Of a stretch of DNA of 64,000 bases, positions 59,092 to 64,000 are shown in pieces. The stretch is from Trueperaceae bacterium. Its GTDB lineage: Bacteria; Deinococcota; Deinococci; Deinococcales; Trueperaceae. The stretch is taken from positions 3,680,001 to 3,744,000 of the forward strand of contig CBDCDZ010000004.1 in assembly GCA_965215565.1 (NCBI GenBank), read 5' to 3'. A model generated the notes under the pieces. That model was not told the origin of the DNA, searched no databases, and saw only the letters and a program-made list of their open reading frames with translations. The position numbers and the translations under genes were made by a program. Numbering within the stretch: the stretch's first letter is position 1; each line of letters starts with the position of its first letter.

Positions 59092-59802
59092 ATGGGTCAA
59101 GACACCTGGACAAGCCTCGCCCAACCCTTTTCCGAGAGCGCCTTGGAGTGGCGCGTGCTGCGCTTAGACGACGAGGGGTTGCAGGCGCAGGCGCGCCCGC
59201 AACTGCGCGTAGACGCCGTGCTGCGCCGTTTGGATGAGACGGTAGGCGTCGCGAACTGGTCCAACACGCTGACCGCGCTCGGCTCAGCTACCGAGGTGCT
59301 CGCGCTCGCGTGCACGCTTACCGTCGAAGGGGTGAGCAAGTCCGCCGCGGCGACGCTCGGACCGGGCGCGAGCGCGTCGGCTCTGGCTGACGACGCGCTC
59401 GTCTACGCCGCTGAAAGGTTTCACATGGTGCCGCCCGCTGATACCAACCTCAGCTACTGGGTGGATTACGACAAAGAGAGCGGGGCGATGCTCTACGAGC
59501 CGGGTACCCAGGAAACGCTCGCTGCCGCAGAAGTGGGCGCGCCGGCGGCTACGACTATGCCGGCTGCGACTACGCCAGTTACGACCGCAGCGGAGACCGC
59601 GCCGCTGGACGCGCCGAGCCCGCCCAAACCCAAGTCGGCGGGTCAGCAGGCTATAGACCGCCTGGTGGAGCGGCTTAAAGCGGAGGGGCAGGGGCTCGAG
59701 GTGGCCAAGCTCATCAACGCTTATGGCGGCTACGGCACCGATCCTAACGCCGCCCGTGAACTCTACGCCAAGCTGCGCGAACTGCTGCGCGGGGGCGCGT
59801 GA
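59092..59802 (+). CDS. Rad52/Rad22-family (DdrA-related) protein
   Basis: LAQPF..LEWRV...VDAVLRRLDETVGVANWS...CTLTVEGVSK; helical C-terminal domain IDRLVERLK...YGGYG. Confidence 0.75.
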   Translation: MGQDTWTSLAQPFSESALEWRVLRLDDEGLQAQARPQLRVDAVLRRLDETVGVANWSNTLTALGSATEVLALACTLTVEGVSKSAAATLGPGASASALADDALVYAAERFHMVPPADTNLSYWVDYDKESGAMLYEPGTQETLAAAEVGAPAATTMPAATTPVTTAAETAPLDAPSPPKPKSAGQQAIDRLVERLKAEGQGLEVAKLINAYGGYGTDPNAARELYAKLRELLRGGA

Positions 59803-59832
59803 AGACATGCCAGAACAGATGACAGGTACGTT

Positions 59833-60582
59833 ATGATCAAGGTGATTTCACTCGGGGATGTGCACGGCCAGTGGGCTGAGGTGTGGCGGGCGCTCAAGGC
59901 GGCGTCCGCCGCAGACAACCTCTTTGAGCCCACGGACCCCGTCACAGACGGACGCTACCAGATAGTTTTCGTCGGCGATCTCGTCCACTACAAAGACTTT
60001 GACACCTACGCGCAAGTCGTCGGCGCTGAATACTACAACCCCGAAGATGCCAAACAGCTCCGCCGCGCCGCCAAAGCGCAGATTCGCGAGCTGTACCGCT
60101 TCAAAAACTACGTAGATAAAGCGAACGGCAACGTCACCGTGATCTTAGGCAACCACGACGAGTCAGCGCTCACCCACAAATACGACCTCAGCACGCGCGG
60201 CGGCTTGGCGCATAACGAGTTCGACGAGAGCAAAGGCGGTATGGCGCTACCCGAAGACCTGGCCGAGTGGTTCAGGAGTTTTCCGCGCGAAAAGCTCCTC
60301 TTTGACGTGCAGTTCGCCCACGCGGGTCCGCTGCCGGGGATGCAATTCTTCGATGACTTCTTCTACCACGATAGCGATACGAAGCACTGGTGGCATAAGA
60401 AGCCCGAACTCGCCAAACACACGAGCTACCGCTTCGGCGTCTACGGTCACACCTCGATGAAAGACGGCATCCATGTGGACAGTGAGAACTGCTTCGCGAT
60501 GATCGACGCCCTGTCGCACTGTCAGTTTTTCGAGATGATCTTGTCCGAGGACCGCTTGGACTACCGCGTGATGAAGTTTTGA
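59833..60582 (+). CDS. Metallophosphoesterase
   Basis: GDVHG, GDLVH, GNHD, AHAG, YGHT. Confidence 0.88.
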   Translation: MIKVISLGDVHGQWAEVWRALKAASAADNLFEPTDPVTDGRYQIVFVGDLVHYKDFDTYAQVVGAEYYNPEDAKQLRRAAKAQIRELYRFKNYVDKANGNVTVILGNHDESALTHKYDLSTRGGLAHNEFDESKGGMALPEDLAEWFRSFPREKLLFDVQFAHAGPLPGMQFFDDFFYHDSDTKHWWHKKPELAKHTSYRFGVYGHTSMKDGIHVDSENCFAMIDALSHCQFFEMILSEDRLDYRVMKF

Positions 60583-60667
60583 GTTTTTGGCTGATGTTCT
60601 AAACCCCTCTTAGCTTGCAGACCTCTTCTTATCTCTACCGTTATAACGAGCTAGGAAGAGGTGAAGG

Positions 60668-61153
60668 ATGCAAGACGACCACAAAAAACTTTGGGACAAA
60701 ATTAAAGACATCCGCGTGACGATGATGACGACGATGGAGGCGGACCACACCCTGCGCAGCCGCCCGATGTACACCCAGCAAGCTGAATTTGATGGGCAAC
60801 TCTGGTTTTTCACCAAAGACGACGCGCCAAAAACGGACGAGATCGAGGGCGATAGGCACATCAATTTGGCCTACGTCAACCCGGACGACGACACCTACAT
60901 CTCTGTATCGGGTATCGCCAAACTCGTGCACGACAGACAAAAAGCCGAGGAGATATGGAACCCCGTCGTCAAAGCGTGGTTCCCGGAAGGGCTGGACGAC
61001 CCGCAGTTAGGCCTTCTCCGCGTCGAGCCGACGCAGGCGGAGTACTGGGATGCGCCCTCGAGCAAAATGGTGCAGCTCTTCAAGATGGGCAAAGCTGTGG
61101 TGCAGGGCGAAGAGGCGGGCAACTTGGGCGACAACGAGAAGCTGAGCCTGTAG
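60668..61153 (+). CDS. Pyridoxamine 5'-phosphate oxidase-like general stress protein
   Basis: LRSRPM, LWFFT, AWFPEGLDDP, AEYWD. Confidence 0.9.
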   Translation: MQDDHKKLWDKIKDIRVTMMTTMEADHTLRSRPMYTQQAEFDGQLWFFTKDDAPKTDEIEGDRHINLAYVNPDDDTYISVSGIAKLVHDRQKAEEIWNPVVKAWFPEGLDDPQLGLLRVEPTQAEYWDAPSSKMVQLFKMGKAVVQGEEAGNLGDNEKLSL

Positions 61154-61218
61154 GGTTCGGAGAGGTCAGTTCAGCGTTCTGTAGCGGCCTCGGCATCAAA
61201 AACGAGCATACGAATTCA

Positions 61219-61247
61219 GTAGGGTCAGGTTTCAAACCTGACCCTAC
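61219..61247. repeat. REP-like GTAG palindrome
   Basis: GTAGGGTCAGGTTT-C-AAACCTGACCCTAC, perfect 14-bp arms. Confidence 0.7.
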
Positions 61248-61346
61248 GCTGCGCTGTATACGCTTATAGGTTGAATAGCGCTGCCCCACACGAAACGTCG
61301 TAAACTGCTGCGTGAACCGTTTCCGCACCTATGTCTAGCCTGTATC

Positions 61347-61462
61347 TAATAGCACTTCCAAAACATACTGATACAAAGGGGCGCAGATATCATCTCATAA
61401 TGCGCGTGTTGAACAGTGTTTTTTATAGTGAGAGTGTCTCAAACCAGATGATACCTGCTATA
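61347..61462 (-). repeat. MITE-like repeat family A, copy 4
   Basis: Reverse complement aligns end to end with 45066-45180. Confidence 0.82.
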
Positions 61463-61615
61463 AACGCCTGATTGTCCAAGTACTGCGCTTCATTAAACCT
61501 TTAGACGTGCATCCAAATTCCTTTGCAATGCGTAAAATTTAACAGAAAGCCCACAACTCTACCTTTTCACTTCCAAGGTGGGCCGCTTCACTTGGGGACA
61601 CAGTATGGAGGACAC

Positions 61616-62683
61616 ATGGACATTAAAAAAGTTCTAAACGCCAAGACGGACCGCCGCCGCTTGCTCGGCAACTTAGGCATGATGGGTGCGGGTGCGGTGC
61701 TAACCGCGTGCGGCACGAGCGTCGTCGGTCAGGCTGACCAGGAGACGCAGCAAGCCGCCGGACCGGATGTGGACGCCGCCATTCTCAACTTCGCGCTGAA
61801 CCTGGAATACTTGGAGGCGGCTTACTACCTCGCCGCCGTCGGGCGCTTAGGCGAACTGCCGGGCTACAGCCCCGACAAGGTCATCTTGCCCGAGGGTTAC
61901 GACGGCACGGACCCCAGCACCTCGCTCTACGCGCCCGAAGAACTCTCCTCTCAGACCGTCACTAAAGTGACCAAGCTCGTCGGCGAGTTCGCCAACGAAA
62001 TTGCCGAGGACGAGCTTAGCCACGTGGTTTTCTTGCGTACGGTCCTGGATAGCATCGGTGCGCCCGTCGCTGAGTTGCCTGTTCTTAACCTGAGCACATC
62101 CTTCGTCGCGGCTGCGACCGCTGCTGATAGTCTCGCGGACGGCGGACTCGGTTTCGATCCGAACGGCTTCAACCCCTTTGCGAATGACACCTTCTTCTTA
62201 CACGGTGCGTTCATCTTTGAGGATGTCGGCGTCACGGCGTACAAGGGCGCAGCGCGTTACATCACCAACAAGGACTATTTAGAGGCTGCCGCTGGCATCC
62301 TCGCGGTCGAGGCGTACCACGCCGGTGAAGTGCGCAGCTTCCTCTACAGCTCTGACGAGCGCCGCGAATACCGCTACGGCGGCGTGGACATCTGGAAGGT
62401 GACGCAGGCGATTTCGGATGCGCGCGACTCCTTAGACGGCACCAGCGACCTCGATCAAGGCGTCGCGAACGGTCCCAAGGGGCTGACCGCCAATATCACG
62501 CCCACCGACAGTAACGCCATCGTCTTTAGCCGCACGCCGCTCCAAGTTGCCAAGATCGTTTACCTCAGCCCGGACGCAGCCGTGAGCGACGCGAGCTTCT
62601 TCCCGCAAGGTATCAGCGTCCCAGCGGGTTTAGCGGACACCTTTGGCGTGCTCCTCAGCCCCGACTTCCCGAACAACCTCTAA
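61616..62683 (+). CDS. Ferritin-like desiccation-related protein (DR_B0118/pcC13-62 type), Tat-lipoprotein-like leader
   Basis: DRRRLL...LTAC; LNFALNLEYLEA, DELSHV, FEDVGVTAYKGAA, ILAVEAYHAG. Confidence 0.9.
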   Translation: MDIKKVLNAKTDRRRLLGNLGMMGAGAVLTACGTSVVGQADQETQQAAGPDVDAAILNFALNLEYLEAAYYLAAVGRLGELPGYSPDKVILPEGYDGTDPSTSLYAPEELSSQTVTKVTKLVGEFANEIAEDELSHVVFLRTVLDSIGAPVAELPVLNLSTSFVAAATAADSLADGGLGFDPNGFNPFANDTFFLHGAFIFEDVGVTAYKGAARYITNKDYLEAAAGILAVEAYHAGEVRSFLYSSDERREYRYGGVDIWKVTQAISDARDSLDGTSDLDQGVANGPKGLTANITPTDSNAIVFSRTPLQVAKIVYLSPDAAVSDASFFPQGISVPAGLADTFGVLLSPDFPNNL

Positions 62684-62690
62684 CCTCTTT

Positions 62691-62724
62691 TGGGGTCCGG
62701 TATTCGGACCCCACTCTATTTTTT
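62691..62724 (+). terminator. Intrinsic terminator-like hairpin
   Basis: TGGGGTCCG-GTATT-CGGACCCCA followed by CTCTATTTTTT. Confidence 0.7.
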
Positions 62725-62746
62725 GGTGACTTATCGCTTGAAAGTT

Positions 62747-62900
62747 GGGCAGTAGGTACAGGTCGAATGCCGACGGGTACGTCTTGCGACGTTTCTATGT
62801 GATGAACGTTCCCGTATAACGAATAAGGGGTTGCGTGTAATGAACAAGGGGTTGCAACCCCTTGTTTAACCTCTGCATCATTCCAAATAGCGCCACTACC
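62747..62900 (-). repeat. MITE-like repeat family B, copy 2
   Basis: Reverse complement GGTAGTGGCGCTATTTGGAATGA...CAAGGGGTTGCAACCCCTTGTT...GGCATTCGAC aligns with 63846-63977. Confidence 0.78.
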
Positions 62901-62940
62901 TAGAAGCGCAGCCTCAAATCCCAAGATAGGACGACAACGA

Positions 62941-63816
62941 ATGAACCGACCTCTTCTTTTGCTCTTGTCATTACTCACGGCTTGCGCGTTCCAGGGCGAT
63001 CTGGTGGAGGAGCCCGCGCCCGAACTCACCTTGAGCGCGTCGGTGACGGAAGGGGTTGCGCCGCTCGAGGTCACCTTCTCCGCGCAACACACGCCCGCGT
63101 CGGCTGCAGCTACCTACACCTGGACGCTCGCCGGGCAGCCGCTGAGTAACACTACTTCTAAGCTTACCCACACGTTCGACGCACCGGGCGTCTACGTCGT
63201 CACGATCAAGGCGGAGACGCGCTCAGGAGCCGCTGCCGACAGCGCGACGGTGCGCGTGACGCGAGCGGACGCGCCGCCCGAGCCGGGTCCGGTGGGCGAG
63301 GGGACGCTCAACGTCATGAAAACCCCCGGCGGACCCGCACCCTGGGCGGTGCGCTACACCGTTCAAGCGGAAGGCTACAGTGACAACAGGCAGATCAGGG
63401 TGCGCTGCTCCGCTGACGGCGATCTCAGCTATGAGGTGAACGAGGGCGCAGCGTGCCTCCACACAACCGCCACCGAGGAAGCGCAAATAGACGTCTTAGT
63501 TGAGGATGAGGTAGTGGACAGCGTTACGGTGGCGTCTGAGGTGACGCCGCCACAAGAAGAGGTCGCTTTTCTGGGAACGTGGCGCTACGACTCGAGAGGC
63601 ACGAGCGAAACGTTCGATATTACGCGCGGCACGCCCACGGCCGGGGAGAGCGGCGCGGGCGACTTCAAGCTCTTTCTCATCAAGTTGGACGGACGCGACA
63701 TTGCTGAATTTACTTTTGGAGGCAGGACGGTTGTGTTGGAGCCCAATCCCGAAGTGGACGGACGGCAGGTTTATTTCGCCGACGTCTACGATCTGCGCTT
63801 GGTGCGCTTAGACTGA
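62941..63816 (+). CDS. PKD-domain lipoprotein
   Basis: Lipobox LLTAC; GVAPLEVTFSA...YTW...THTFDAPGVYVVT. Confidence 0.85.
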   Translation: MNRPLLLLLSLLTACAFQGDLVEEPAPELTLSASVTEGVAPLEVTFSAQHTPASAAATYTWTLAGQPLSNTTSKLTHTFDAPGVYVVTIKAETRSGAAADSATVRVTRADAPPEPGPVGEGTLNVMKTPGGPAPWAVRYTVQAEGYSDNRQIRVRCSADGDLSYEVNEGAACLHTTATEEAQIDVLVEDEVVDSVTVASEVTPPQEEVAFLGTWRYDSRGTSETFDITRGTPTAGESGAGDFKLFLIKLDGRDIAEFTFGGRTVVLEPNPEVDGRQVYFADVYDLRLVRLD

Positions 63817-63845
63817 ACGCTGTCTCGCTCAACTGTTATTACATA

Positions 63846-63977
63846 GGATAGTGGCTCTATCTGGAATGACGTCGATATCAAAACGAGGGGTGTCAAAGCA
63901 AGGGGTTGAAACCCCCTGTTGTCGCGTGGAGACGGTAGACGAAGCGCGTGGCGGCATTCGACTTAGGACCACTACAC
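63846..63977 (+). repeat. MITE-like repeat family B, copy 3
   Basis: TAGTGGCTCTATCTGGAATG ... CATTCGACTTAGGACCACTA, imperfect terminal inverted repeats. Confidence 0.78.
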
Positions 63978-64000
63978 TCGAGTCGGGCTGGAAGCTCACA

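Overview
GC-rich bacterial DNA, most consistent with Deinococcota (Truepera-like). This is inferred from many leaderless genes with a TANNNT box 5-7 nt before the start codon, a Thermus/Deinococcus-type Rad52-family protein and a desiccation-related ferritin-like protein. The window has two halves. (1) From 1 to 33598 is an accessory island ending in a Tn7-like transposon module: tnsA (frameshifted)-tnsB-tnsC(tniB)-tniQ plus a tightly coupled fifth ORF. Its end has four 18-bp repeats, an 8-bp terminus and 5'-TGT. That end sits inside the competence gene comEC, 27 bp past the codons for the conserved DVGQGD motif, and cuts off the metallo-beta-lactamase (MBL) domain. I did not find the other end or the rest of comEC, so the element is probably >33.6 kb. 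Presumed cargo includes a class III lanthipeptide cluster (an unannotated 48-aa precursor with two SxxSxx(x)C motifs, lanKC, ABC exporter), a stand-alone secreted ComEC-type MBL-Excalibur protein with DUF3006 and a small Cys/His protein, an XPB-like helicase + DUF790 nuclease pair, a NERD nuclease, three SDRs, a sulfatase/sugar-binding protein pair, a PAS-GGDEF-EAL protein, several lipoproteins and decaying duplicated blocks. (2) From 33599 to 64000 is mostly core genome (comEC', comEA, sodA, a LinB-like nucleotidyltransferase, RlmD/TrmA-type methyltransferase, acyl-CoA dehydrogenase, udk, pyrG, internalin-like LRR lipoprotein and others), with two families of short MITE-like repeats, a REP-like palindrome and a candidate sRNA. 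I saw no CRISPR array, cas gene, rRNA or tRNA. The best candidate for a new system is a Tn7-like transposon that may target comEC via TniQ and carries a free-standing copy of the domain it removes.
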